Origin: a virus
Lineage: Duplodnaviria > Caudoviricetes
DNA: 57,808 nt
Virus record (IMG/VR): IMGVR_UViG_3300044695_002920
Coordinates: 1-57,808 of that record
Direction: 5' to 3' (one strand)
Shown one piece after another: positions 17,827 to 26,781 of this stretch (the first letter of the stretch is position 1; each line of letters begins with the position of its first letter). The position numbers and the translations under genes were made by a program. The notes below the pieces were generated by a model. The model was given only the letters and a program-made list of their open reading frames with translations, was not told the DNA's origin and searched no databases.

Positions 17827-18255
17827 TCAGATGAAGGCCTTGATGCCGAGCGGGTCGCCCGTCACCTTGCCGATCAGATCGAGGTCGTTGAAGATTACCA
17901 GCAGCGCCTCACCAGCGCCGTCGGCGGTTTTGACGGTCCAGCGATCGCCGCCATACTTGGGCACGCGGACGAAGTCGCCCGGCTCGCACCAGCTCCCTTC
18001 GGGCCAATGCTCCATGGTAGTACGGTTCTTGAATGCCAGTTCTCCCACGCGGACCACCTTGGCGATCTGCGTGTTCCACGCGTCCGTTTCACGCGTCTCC
18101 GTGGTCAGGATGATCCCGCCCTTGGTCTTCTGCTTTGGCGTGCGTATCTGTACCAGTACGCGGCTGCCAAACGGCTGTACGCCCGGATCGCAAGGCGGAA
18201 ACGCCTCGTCCTCACTGTCGTAGCCAAACTCAACTTTGTTAGCTAATTCAATCAT
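17827..18255 (-). CDS. groES: Co-chaperonin GroES (Cpn10)-like protein
   Basis: PFGSRVLV...KTKGGIIL...AKVVRVG...GDFV..PKYGG. Confidence 0.85.
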   Translation of the reverse strand: MIELANKVEFGYDSEDEAFPPCDPGVQPFGSRVLVQIRTPKQKTKGGIILTTETRETDAWNTQIAKVVRVGELAFKNRTTMEHWPEGSWCEPGDFVRVPKYGGDRWTVKTADGAGEALLVIFNDLDLIGKVTGDPLGIKAFI

Positions 18256-18273
18256 TTGCGCTCCATTCTTAAC

Positions 18274-18468
18274 TCACAATGCGAAGTCGCGCCGCTCCTT
18301 CTCGGCGATCATGTCGATCAGCGTGCGCTTCGCATGCTCGAGCCCTGCATACATCCCGACGGCCCGACCGTAGTCAAAGCCGTCCCTTCCCGCTGGATGC
18401 GACAACGCCTCAGTAGCAAGGCGAGCCTGCTCCTGTTCGAGGCGTTGCAGTAGGACTTCGATCTTCAT
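18274..18468 (-). CDS. Hypothetical protein (64 aa)
   Basis: In operon, ATGA overlap with the upstream gene. Confidence 0.7.
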   Translation of the reverse strand: MKIEVLLQRLEQEQARLATEALSHPAGRDGFDYGRAVGMYAGLEHAKRTLIDMIAEKERRDFAL

Positions 18469-18611
18469 GCGGGGGTTTTCTTGCCTCCACTGACTTCGAA
18501 CTTGGGGTGCTGCCCCATCTGCATCAGCTTGTGCATGTTGGTGTTCTTGGGTGTCATGCCGCCTGCGGCCTTGCCCTTACTGAGTACTGCGTCGTTCTTC
18601 TTCATGGCCAT
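18465..18611 (-). CDS. Small basic protein (48 aa)
   Basis: Hand translation MAMKKNDAVLSKGKAAGG...; AAGGA SD; ATGA coupling to the next gene. Confidence 0.6.
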   Translation of the reverse strand: MAMKKNDAVLSKGKAAGGMTPKNTNMHKLMQMGQHPKFEVSGGKKTPA

Positions 18612-18617
18612 TCCTTT

Positions 18618-21161
18618 CTACGGATTGGGGTTGATGCCGGTGCCAGTGGATACCGCCACACGCTCGCCGGACGCGATCTCGGCCTGCGCGAGCGCCATGG
18701 CCGTCTGGTTGTCCTGTGAGTTCATGGTCATGCGGGCCTGCAGCTCGGCGGCGGTGCGTGCGTCCTCGGCCTGCTGGCGCTGCTGCTCGATGGCGACCTT
18801 GGTCTGCAGCTCGGCGGCGTCCATCTGGGCGTCCTGCTGCATCTTCTGCGCCTCCATCTGCATGCGCTGTGCGTCCACCTGCATGTCCATCTGCGCCTTC
18901 TGGGCTGCCTGCTGTGCCTTCTGGCCTTCGAGCTGCAGCTTCTGCCCCTCGAGCGCGAGGCGCGGATCCTGCATCGGCGGCTGCTGGAACTGCTGCATGA
19001 TCTGCTGCGCCTGCTGGATGATCTGCGGCACCTGCTGGAAGATCTGCGAGCCCTCGGTCAGGGCCGTGGTCGACGCCTCGGCGAGCATGCGGTCGAGGGC
19101 CTTGCGTCCCTGCGTGTCCTTCGGGCTCATCTTGCGCATCATGTCGCCCAGATCCTCGCCGCCCAGCGCCTCGGTCGACACGTCGAACACGGTCGAGGCG
19201 TACCACAGGGCGACGTGCTCCTTGATGTGGTTGAGGATTGCGGGGATGTACACCGGCGCGAAGATCGGGTTCGATCCGAACGTCGGGCTGGTCAGGTAGC
19301 TAAGGTGCGTCTGCAGGTGCGCGAGGTGGTCCTGCTCGGGGAATGCCGTGACTGGTCGGCCCAGCGACGCGGCGACGTTCTCGTTGACCGCGTTCTGCTC
19401 GCTCGGCTCCATGGGCGGATTGAGCAGCTCCTTAGCGTTCGGGATCTTGAGCGTCTCGAGGAGACGCTCCTCGACCTTGCGCAGGTTGTAGAGCTGCGGC
19501 ATCGTGGCCGCGCGCTGGGCCACGGCCTGCACCTGAGCGTAGCGCTGCGCCTCGCTGAAGATGTTCGGGTCGGACACCGGCACGACGTCGAGCACGCCGT
19601 CGAAGTCTGCGCGCGTCGCCAGCTCCTCGCCCGCGTCCTTCTCGAGGCGCTCGTCGTCGAGGTTGAAGCCGTTGAGGCGGTCAAGGATGCGCAGCATGCG
19701 CCCCATCGCGTCGTGCAGGCGGCTGTGGATGGCCGAGTAGACCACCGCGCCCTGCTCGAGCTTAGCCAACGTGGTGCCGACTGGCGCGTTGGGGTTGCCG
19801 TCGGCGATGTCGTCCATGGACGTGCGGACCACGCCCTTGCCCGCCTCGACGAGGAAGCCGAGGAGCTGGAACAGGACGGGCGACGGTGGGTTGTACGGCA
19901 GCGGCATGGCCAGCTTGCGCACGTCGTCGACGTTGAGGCCGCCCTCGATCTCCTCGGTCTGGCCCGGCTGGATCGACAGGCTCTGCCCTCCGGCCGTGCC
20001 GCCCTTGAGCTTGAGCATAGTCTGGCTGTTGCTGATGTGCGCGCTGTCGAGCAGTGCGCGCAGCGCGCCGGTGGCTGCGCCGGACAGGCCGCCGATCATG
20101 TGCGGCAGGCCGATGGGGTACGCGCCGCGCCACGGGATGAAGGGCCACTCGACGAAGTGCTGCATCTCCTCGCGGTACTCGTCTTCCTCGTCCCAGTTGC
20201 GGTAGATCGCGAGCACCTTGCCGCTCGGCTTGTCGATGCTGATGATGTAGGGGCTGGCCTCCTCGTCGTCACCGATCCGCGCAATGGCGTAGATCTCGTA
20301 GACGATGCGCAGGCCGTCCTCGTTGTAGCTGGTCGGGTCGCGGCCCTCGATCTTGTCGTTGGCCACACCGGCCACGGACTGCTCCGGCTCCATGCCGGAC
20401 AGCGTCAGCTCGACGTCGCGGTACATGCCCTCGGCGACGCGGTCCTCATAATCGAGCTGCGTCAGGTACTGGACGTGCGTGCGCCGCTGCGCGGTGTAGA
20501 AGTTGGTGGCCGCGTAGGGCAGGTAGATGTCGTCGATCGGCACGAACAGGAAGGTCGGCCGGTTGCGCCGCTCGTCCCAGCCCAGCTTGAGGTACTGCGC
20601 GCCGCCCAGTGGCACCTGCGTCATGAGCTGCTCCAGCTCGGCGCGGACCTCGGGGCACTGCACGGTCATCTGCCAGTTGAGCAGGCTGCTCTTGCGCTTG
20701 GCCTTGTTGATCTTCTCCTGCGTCGCCTCGCCGGAGATGTAGTCCTTGGCCGGACCCTGCGGCGGGAAGATCTCCTTCATGGCACGCGCCGCGAAGTCGA
20801 CGCAGGCCTCGGTCATGAGCGGGTGGACGACCTTGTTCGCGCCTTGGAACTGCGCGCCGCCGGGCGCGTCGTCGCCCAGACCGGTGCGGCGTAGGCCCTC
20901 CTCATACTGCTCGTCGCGCTTCTTGCGCGCCTCCTTGTCGCGGGAGATCAGGTCGAGGAAAGTGCTCGACAGGTGCGCGAGTTCGGTCTCGGGCATCTCC
21001 TCGGCGAGGTTGGCGTAGAACTCGCTCTCGGCCGGACGCGGGCCCACGTCCTCGTCGTCGAGGCGGACGATCGCGCCGCCATCGGGCGTGTCTTCGACGT
21101 CGTCGTTGACGTCTGGCAGATCCACATACTCGCCCTCGGGCATCTCGTTCTCGTCGTCCAC
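18618..21161 (-). CDS. Portal protein (P22-like, long C-terminal Gln-rich coiled-coil barrel)
   Basis: 847 aa directly after terminase; VVHPLMTEACVDFAARA; Q-rich C-terminal helix. Confidence 0.9.
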   Translation of the reverse strand: MDDENEMPEGEYVDLPDVNDDVEDTPDGGAIVRLDDEDVGPRPAESEFYANLAEEMPETELAHLSSTFLDLISRDKEARKKRDEQYEEGLRRTGLGDDAPGGAQFQGANKVVHPLMTEACVDFAARAMKEIFPPQGPAKDYISGEATQEKINKAKRKSSLLNWQMTVQCPEVRAELEQLMTQVPLGGAQYLKLGWDERRNRPTFLFVPIDDIYLPYAATNFYTAQRRTHVQYLTQLDYEDRVAEGMYRDVELTLSGMEPEQSVAGVANDKIEGRDPTSYNEDGLRIVYEIYAIARIGDDEEASPYIISIDKPSGKVLAIYRNWDEEDEYREEMQHFVEWPFIPWRGAYPIGLPHMIGGLSGAATGALRALLDSAHISNSQTMLKLKGGTAGGQSLSIQPGQTEEIEGGLNVDDVRKLAMPLPYNPPSPVLFQLLGFLVEAGKGVVRTSMDDIADGNPNAPVGTTLAKLEQGAVVYSAIHSRLHDAMGRMLRILDRLNGFNLDDERLEKDAGEELATRADFDGVLDVVPVSDPNIFSEAQRYAQVQAVAQRAATMPQLYNLRKVEERLLETLKIPNAKELLNPPMEPSEQNAVNENVAASLGRPVTAFPEQDHLAHLQTHLSYLTSPTFGSNPIFAPVYIPAILNHIKEHVALWYASTVFDVSTEALGGEDLGDMMRKMSPKDTQGRKALDRMLAEASTTALTEGSQIFQQVPQIIQQAQQIMQQFQQPPMQDPRLALEGQKLQLEGQKAQQAAQKAQMDMQVDAQRMQMEAQKMQQDAQMDAAELQTKVAIEQQRQQAEDARTAAELQARMTMNSQDNQTAMALAQAEIASGERVAVSTGTGINPNP

Positions 21162-21172
21162 AGCTCAGTCCT

Positions 21173-22618
21173 TCATGCGGAATATGGGTTGCTATACTCT
21201 TTCGGCGACGCTCTGTCACCATCCCTGCTCACAGGGGGCTTGGTCAGCTTGATCAGGCCCTTGTCCATGGCCACGCGGATGGCCTGTGTCGTCTGGTCGA
21301 CATGGTCGTCGTGCTTGATGGAGTTGCCACCGGCGAAGGTGCAGAGCTGGTAGATCACCGGCTCGCACCAGTTGCGCGGCTTGCCGGGGCTCTTCTCGCT
21401 CTCGGGCATCCAGACGCGCTTCTGCGCGAAGATCGGCGAGGCGATGTGCAGGCGCGTCAGCTTGTCAGCGCGGCCGGGGTTGTAGGCGTAGGCCGTGATG
21501 CCCTCGCGCTCGAGCATCTGGCGCAGGCTGATGCCGCTGCCCTTGTCCTCGATCAGCAGCATGTCGGGCTTGCGTCCCGACGTGCGCGGCTTGTCGGATC
21601 CGAACATCGGCTTGATCAGCGCCGCGTCCTCGTCGTCGCCGTAGGGCGTGTTCATCTCCCGCTTCACGCGCTTCATCAGGTCGGGCAGGCCGAGGTGGTC
21701 CTCCCAACAGTCGAGCAGCATGATGTGGCTCATGCTCTTGTACTGGAAGACGCCCCACACGCCGCAGGCTGTCGGGTCGGGGTCGTGGCTCTTCTTGTCG
21801 ATGCTCTTCTCGGTGTAGGCCGTGTCGAGGCTCATGATGATGTAGTCGAACTTGGGCAGCGTGCGATCGGCGGGCCACAGGTTGATCCAACTGCGGCGGA
21901 TGATGCCCGCCTCCTCGGGATTGATCAGCTCGCCGTACAGCTCCTGCCGCCCGATTTTTGTCCCCTCATATTGTGCGAGCTTGTCGAAGAAGACGTCGGG
22001 CAGGTTGGCGCGGTTGTCGTATGTCGAGCCACGCACGATGATGCGCCCCTTCTTGGGTATCGTGAGCTGGCGCACGATCTCGACGGGGCGAGGCGTCGTC
22101 GTCCAGAGCAGGCGCGGGTGCTTGCCGAGGCGCAGGCCAAACTCGAGCATGTCGAGCGTGTACGTCGCGTCCTTGCCCCACGCCGCCAATTCATCACACC
22201 AAGCGTCGGCATGCTGTGGGCCGCGCAGGCGATCGGCCTTCTCCGCGCTGAAGCCGCGGATCTGCGCGCCGTTGACCAGCGTCAGGATGATGTCGGTCTT
22301 GTTGTAGTCGCGCACGCACTCGGGCGGGATGACGTTGAGCAGCCCGCTCTCACCCTCGAAGCAGACGAGCCGGACGTCGGCCTGTGTCGGGGCAACGACG
22401 CAGCGCGGGAAGGCGTCGGGATCGAGGTAGGCCGCGCGGCCCATCCACTCCGCGCCGACGCGCGTCTTGCCGAAGCCGCGACCGGCCATTGCGCCGAACT
22501 CGTTCCACCCGCTCTCGGGCGGGATCTGGTCGTCGCGAGCCGTGGCGAACCAGTCGGTCTGCCACAAGGTGAAACTCTTGAAGTGCAGCGACGCAGTATC
22601 GAGGTTGAGCGCGCTCAC
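21173..22618 (-). CDS. terL: Terminase large subunit
   Basis: Walker A AGRGFGKT, LRGPQ, Walker B AWCDE, TTTP coupling motif, SLDTA and HDDHVD nuclease motifs. Confidence 0.97.
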   Translation of the reverse strand: MSALNLDTASLHFKSFTLWQTDWFATARDDQIPPESGWNEFGAMAGRGFGKTRVGAEWMGRAAYLDPDAFPRCVVAPTQADVRLVCFEGESGLLNVIPPECVRDYNKTDIILTLVNGAQIRGFSAEKADRLRGPQHADAWCDELAAWGKDATYTLDMLEFGLRLGKHPRLLWTTTPRPVEIVRQLTIPKKGRIIVRGSTYDNRANLPDVFFDKLAQYEGTKIGRQELYGELINPEEAGIIRRSWINLWPADRTLPKFDYIIMSLDTAYTEKSIDKKSHDPDPTACGVWGVFQYKSMSHIMLLDCWEDHLGLPDLMKRVKREMNTPYGDDEDAALIKPMFGSDKPRTSGRKPDMLLIEDKGSGISLRQMLEREGITAYAYNPGRADKLTRLHIASPIFAQKRVWMPESEKSPGKPRNWCEPVIYQLCTFAGGNSIKHDDHVDQTTQAIRVAMDKGLIKLTKPPVSRDGDRASPKEYSNPYSA

Positions 22619-23034
22619 TGGATCGTGGAGGTCTGGTCTTTACTCGGTCGTTGCGCCTGCAGCGTCTTGACGATGTCGAGGGCGGCGAAGCGCTCGGCGA
22701 TCTCGCGCGCACGCTCGTCGGTGACGACGTCGTCCTTCTCGCGCCAGCGGCCGCGTGTCTTGAGGAAGAAGATCATGGCCGTGGTGTCGCCCGCGATCGC
22801 CTTGGCATACAGCGAGGAAGCCACGGTCGCGACGCCGCGTGCGGACGCATCGGCCAACTCGCAGGCGTAATATTTGGACAGCGTGTCTTCGGAGATGCCC
22901 AGTTCACGGGCGATGACGAGCTGCGTCGTGCCGACCCGAGCCCACGTCTTCACGAGGTTTCGCGTCTCTTCGGTCGGCTGGTGCGCAGGCATCCCGCCGG
23001 TGAGCCTCTTTGTATTTCCGCTTTTTGCCGTCAT
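22615..23034 (-). CDS. terS: Terminase small subunit
   Basis: HTH (IARELGISEDTLSKYY), GDTTAMIFFLKTR; directly upstream of terL. Confidence 0.85.
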   Translation of the reverse strand: MTAKSGNTKRLTGGMPAHQPTEETRNLVKTWARVGTTQLVIARELGISEDTLSKYYACELADASARGVATVASSLYAKAIAGDTTAMIFFLKTRGRWREKDDVVTDERAREIAERFAALDIVKTLQAQRPSKDQTSTIQ

Positions 23035-23114
23035 GTCGGTCCCCTTGCGCCCGCAATCAATCGCGCAGGCGTCACCGGACTTAGATAGCATCGGCCACGC
23101 GGATCGACAAGAGG

Positions 23115-23726
23115 TCAGAGCAAGTCGCCGAACTCTTCGCGCAGCCTAGACAGCTCGACCACCTCTTCTATGCGCTCCGGCGTGGCCAGTGTGCCGTCGC
23201 GCAGGCGTCGATACGGTGGCTTCTCGTCACTTACTGCAGCCTTAGACACCTTCGAGAAATTACTCGGCCGCCGGTGAGCCTCACACCGACGCGTGATGCC
23301 GCGCGCCACACTGACTGCCGAGGGCACCAGCGTGCGATAGGGCGTCGAGCACTCGCAACACTCGCCATCGAACATGTAGAACGCGAACTTGCCGCGCTTC
23401 GTCACGCGCCACGTCAGGCCCGCAAAGGTGAACGTGACGCCGCCATACTCGAACAGCGCGCCGACCTTGGGCGTGCCCTTGAGCCCGCCATTCTCTTCCC
23501 TGAACTTTTCATACCGCGCGCAGAACGACGCCTCGGGGCCCCGTTTACGAGGGTAGGCCACCCGCGCCTCCTCATAGGCCCGCCCAGCATCCTCCACATC
23601 GACGAACGACCCGAGCCACTTGCGCTGCCCTGCGACGTATACGACGGCAGTGAACCGATCGGTACGAGCGTCATAGGTCACACCGGTATACCCACTGGCC
23701 AACAGCCTCTTAGTTTCAATATCCAT
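23115..23726 (-). CDS. AP2-domain DNA-binding protein with C-terminal Cys cluster
   Basis: SGYTGV...RFTAVVYVAGQRKWLGSF..VEDAGRAYEEAR; AGGAGG SD before ATG 23726. Confidence 0.8.
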   Translation of the reverse strand: MDIETKRLLASGYTGVTYDARTDRFTAVVYVAGQRKWLGSFVDVEDAGRAYEEARVAYPRKRGPEASFCARYEKFREENGGLKGTPKVGALFEYGGVTFTFAGLTWRVTKRGKFAFYMFDGECCECSTPYRTLVPSAVSVARGITRRCEAHRRPSNFSKVSKAAVSDEKPPYRRLRDGTLATPERIEEVVELSRLREEFGDLL

Positions 23727-23997
23727 ACTGCCTCCTGTTTTGCTGACACTGCTGATACAACATAGTAGGTGCTTAATCAACAGTGCAACGCCAATCTACA
23801 CGGTGGTATATATACACCGAAGGAGCTGTGTATATACCACTGTTACTGTATACTACCACAGAGTGCAACATACGCAACAACCACAGTGCACGTTGCATCG
23901 CGTTGCAAGTGTTGCAAAAAAAGTTTGCATAAGGCTATTGCAATGTAAATCTGCATGTGCAATATACTGTGAGACAGCAACACGGAGTACCCAGACA
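23727..23997. promoter_or_regulatory. Divergent control region (AT-rich, inverted repeats, TGCA arrays); possible origin
   Basis: Strand switch; inverted repeat 23800-23812/23831-23843; TTGCA at 23893, 23903, 23912, 23925, 23938. Confidence 0.7.
23938..23997 (+). promoter_or_regulatory. Early promoter/operator plus conserved leader, copy 1
   Basis: TTGCAA...CAGCAACACGGAGTACCCAGACA-ATG. Confidence 0.75.
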
Positions 23998-24201
23998 ATG
24001 ACCGAACCGACCATCATCTTCTACGCAATGGACGCAGCTACCGCAGAAGCCGAGCTGGGCCTCTACGTCTCAAACCCTGCCGATAAGTATGTGATCGTCG
24101 AGTTCTGGGCCGAGGCCGACCAGTATGACTTCGGCGCGGCTTTCCGCACTCGCGCCGATCTCGAAGCTACCATGCGCGGCGAGAAGTATCAGTGGTATTG
24201 A
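23998..24201 (+). CDS. Early hypothetical protein (67 aa)
   Basis: ATG after the conserved leader and GGAG SD. Confidence 0.75.
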   Translation: MTEPTIIFYAMDAATAEAELGLYVSNPADKYVIVEFWAEADQYDFGAAFRTRADLEATMRGEKYQWY

Positions 24202-24225
24202 TCAGCAACAAGGAGTACCCAGACC

Positions 24226-24426
24226 ATGCAAACGACCACACACCAAGGCTGGACCATCAGCTACTGCAGCCACCGCCGCGCCTTCGAGGCCGTCGCGCCT
24301 GACTACGAACCGCTATGGCTCGGTGAGGCTGACGGCTGGGTCGACGGCGAGCGCTTCGACGCCAACACACTGGCCGAGGCCGTCGCCGAGATCGACGCCC
24401 GCATCGCAGAGGGGGCAGGCGCATGA
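24226..24426 (+). CDS. Early hypothetical protein
   Basis: Preceded by a leader copy GATCAGCAACAAGGAGTACCCAG. Confidence 0.75.
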   Translation: MQTTTHQGWTISYCSHRRAFEAVAPDYEPLWLGEADGWVDGERFDANTLAEAVAEIDARIAEGAGA

Positions 24427-24683
24427 TCACCCCCAAGCTCAACATCAACGGATCCAGCGCCGACGACCTGATCAACCCCCGCCGTGAGGCTATCGGCCAC
24501 CTGATGGACGCCATCGAGGCCCTGTCGCAGGTCGTGCCCAACGGCCGCGACTATCCGGGCAACAACACCGCCTGCCTCGCCGATCGTGAGGCGCACTACG
24601 ACCGCATCGCCATCATCAAGCGCCTCCGCGACGACATCTTCGACGAGGCCATCGCCATCAAGCAACAGGAGCAAGAAGCATGA
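24423..24683 (+). CDS. Early hypothetical protein
   Basis: ATGA-coupled ORF. Confidence 0.75.
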   Translation: MITPKLNINGSSADDLINPRREAIGHLMDAIEALSQVVPNGRDYPGNNTACLADREAHYDRIAIIKRLRDDIFDEAIAIKQQEQEA

Positions 24684-25069
24684 AGTACGATACCCCATAC
24701 CGACAAGCCGCGCTGACGGAGTGCCGCGACAGCGTCGAAAGTTTCTACCACGCCATCAACGAAAAAGAGGACGATGCCAAGCTAATGAGTTCGGCTGCAT
24801 ACGACGTCGTAGGCCGCGCCATCTCCGACTGGCTTAAGACGCCCGGCATACTGAGCTGCAAGCTCGACGTCGAAGAGCAGACGCTCGAGTTGTATATCGC
24901 GTCTCCCATCGAAGAAGAAGACTTAGCCACGTTCACGCTGCCCTTCGCCGAGCTTGTGCGCGCCACTGCGCGCACTTGCCAAAGTTGGGATGGCCTACCG
25001 CCATCGGACCTGTCGGCGATGCTGCGCAAGCTGGCCGACGAGATCGATGCAAGGGAGCAAGAAGCATGA
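24680..25069 (+). CDS. Early hypothetical protein (apparent paralogue of 25739-26116)
   Basis: ATGA-coupled; ends LRKLADEIDA. Confidence 0.75.
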   Translation: MKYDTPYRQAALTECRDSVESFYHAINEKEDDAKLMSSAAYDVVGRAISDWLKTPGILSCKLDVEEQTLELYIASPIEEEDLATFTLPFAELVRATARTCQSWDGLPPSDLSAMLRKLADEIDAREQEA

Positions 25070-25506
25070 GAATTATCAGCGACGACACCCTAATCCGTGA
25101 CCTGCCGCTGCGCACTCGCGTAAAACAGGGCTTGATGCAAGGGCACCCTCCGGCCCTTCCGTACTTCAGCCGAGACCGCACCTTTGGAGAGGCAAAGACC
25201 CTATCGGACGAAACGCTTCTGGCGACCGATAACTTCGGGCAGACGTCGCTGCAGGAGTGGGTAAACTTCCGTGACAAGGCCCTTGGCTTGACACCCTCGA
25301 ACGTCCGCATCTCGCGCCGTGTGAGGCTGCACAGCCTGCTGCTGGCGCACGAGAGCGCAGCCATCGCCCTGTACGACCTCCAGCGCGCCGATCCTGCCGA
25401 AACCCTCTGCATAGACCCCGAGGGCACCATCACCAAGCGGCAAGAGGCACTCGCCCGTGTCCGTGAGAAGATCCTGAGCCAACTGAACGTGGAGCAAGAC
25501 GTATGA
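25066..25506 (+). CDS. RNA polymerase alpha-CTD-like domain protein
   Basis: IRDLPLRTRVKQGL...TFGEAKTLSDETLLATDNFGQTSLQEW parallels the alpha-CTD pattern. Confidence 0.65.
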   Translation: MRIISDDTLIRDLPLRTRVKQGLMQGHPPALPYFSRDRTFGEAKTLSDETLLATDNFGQTSLQEWVNFRDKALGLTPSNVRISRRVRLHSLLLAHESAAIALYDLQRADPAETLCIDPEGTITKRQEALARVREKILSQLNVEQDV

Positions 25507-25742
25507 GCAACGAACCAGACCGCATCACCGAGATCCTGAGCCTGCCCGTCGCCACCGGCGCGACGTACCAGCTCGACGACCTCGACATCATCCGCCTGCG
25601 TCAGCGCATCTACCTCATCAACAAGAACAACGCCGCAGGCTGGCGCTGGCGCACGACACGCATCGCCACGAAGACCAAGAGCAAGAACCCCAAGGTGGTT
25701 AAGAACCTCACCCACACGCTGATCGTATGGAGGATCAAATGA
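25503..25742 (+). CDS. Early hypothetical basic protein
   Basis: ATGA-coupled ORF. Confidence 0.7.
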   Translation: MSNEPDRITEILSLPVATGATYQLDDLDIIRLRQRIYLINKNNAAGWRWRTTRIATKTKSKNPKVVKNLTHTLIVWRIK

Positions 25743-26116
25743 GCACGCCCCAAATACCGAGCGCGATAGACGCGACCCTGCAAGGCGGAGGCACAAAGGC
25801 TTGGGCTGAGACCTACCACGCCTTCACCGAAGAGGAGCGGCGCGGCATGACATCTATAGCGCACGAGGCCATCAACCGCGTCGCGCGTGAGTGGATCGAG
25901 ACCAACGCAATACGCGTCAGCGTACTGGAGACGAACATCTGCATCACCCTCGAACCCCTTGATGGTCAGGACGGTGACGCCGTACTTGAGTTCGAGGTGC
26001 CGCTCGCCGACGTTATCATGACCGCGCCCTATTGGTGCGACACGTACGCCGCGCCACTGGCCGTGCTGCTTCGTCAGCTCGCCGACAAGCTGGAGGCAAC
26101 GTCCGACAACGACTGA
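25739..26116 (+). CDS. Early hypothetical protein
   Basis: GGAGG SD, ATGA coupling; ends LRQLADKLEA. Confidence 0.7.
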   Translation: MSTPQIPSAIDATLQGGGTKAWAETYHAFTEEERRGMTSIAHEAINRVAREWIETNAIRVSVLETNICITLEPLDGQDGDAVLEFEVPLADVIMTAPYWCDTYAAPLAVLLRQLADKLEATSDND

Positions 26117-26130
26117 CGACAAAATGCCTA

Positions 26131-26188
26131 TTGCAACACCATATTGCGTGTGCCACACCGGCGCATCAGCAACCGAAGGAGACCAACC
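26131..26188 (+). promoter_or_regulatory. Early promoter/operator plus leader
   Basis: TTGCAACACCATATTGCG...TCAGCAACCGAAGGAG. Confidence 0.75.
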
Positions 26189-26269
26189 ATGTCCCTAGAA
26201 ATGTTTATCCTGATCGGCATCATCCTGTGCATGTCGATCGTCGCCTATGATGAATGGAGTAAGTCATGA
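26189..26269 (+). CDS. 26-aa single-TM microprotein
   Basis: MSLEMFILIGIILCMSIVAYDEWSKS; AAGGAG SD; ATGA coupling to the next gene. Confidence 0.65.
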   Translation: MSLEMFILIGIILCMSIVAYDEWSKS

Positions 26270-26781
26270 ATAACCGAGAAATCATCCTGAAGTGCCTCAA
26301 GACCAACGGCCCCCTGACGTCTAAAGAACTCGCCGACGTATCAGGCATCCACTACGATACTGTAACCGCCAACCTGCGCGCCCTTCGCGAGGAGAACAAG
26401 ATACGCCCCGACGGCAAGGTACGCCGCGACGGCGAGAACCGCGCGCAGCAGACCTACGTGCCCACCCGCATGCGCAAGCCCTTTGCCGAGAATGAGGCGG
26501 AGCCCCGGTTCAACTTCGCGCCCGACCCCACCGTGGCTGCCCTGCAGGCGCGTCTGGCCGAGCTGGAGGCGTTCAAGGCTCAGGCCGTGGCGAGACACCC
26601 AGATCTGATACCGTTCGACTATGAAGCCTACCGCAGCGCCATAATCGAGTTCTTCCACGCTCTGGGTAAGAGGGAACGCGTCGACCACCTCGTCTGCCGA
26701 GAGGAGATGACCTTCGCCGACCGTGCCATTATCGACGCCATGATCGCCGCCGCCGCGCTGTTCCCGAAGGACGCCCCATGA
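26266..26781 (+). CDS. Winged-helix DNA-binding protein
   Basis: ILKCLKTNGPLTSKELADVSGIHYDTVTANLRALREENKI. Confidence 0.75.
   Translation: MNNREIILKCLKTNGPLTSKELADVSGIHYDTVTANLRALREENKIRPDGKVRRDGENRAQQTYVPTRMRKPFAENEAEPRFNFAPDPTVAALQARLAELEAFKAQAVARHPDLIPFDYEAYRSAIIEFFHALGKRERVDHLVCREEMTFADRAIIDAMIAAAALFPKDAP

Noticed and set aside
19215-22870. Long plus-strand ORFs (559 and 522 aa)
   Set aside because: Antisense shadows of portal and terL caused by high-GC codon bias; no motifs.
23740-23997. Upstream extension of ORF 23740..24201 (and 23780 start for the AP2 gene)
   Set aside because: It runs through the control region; SD-supported starts are 23998 and 23726.
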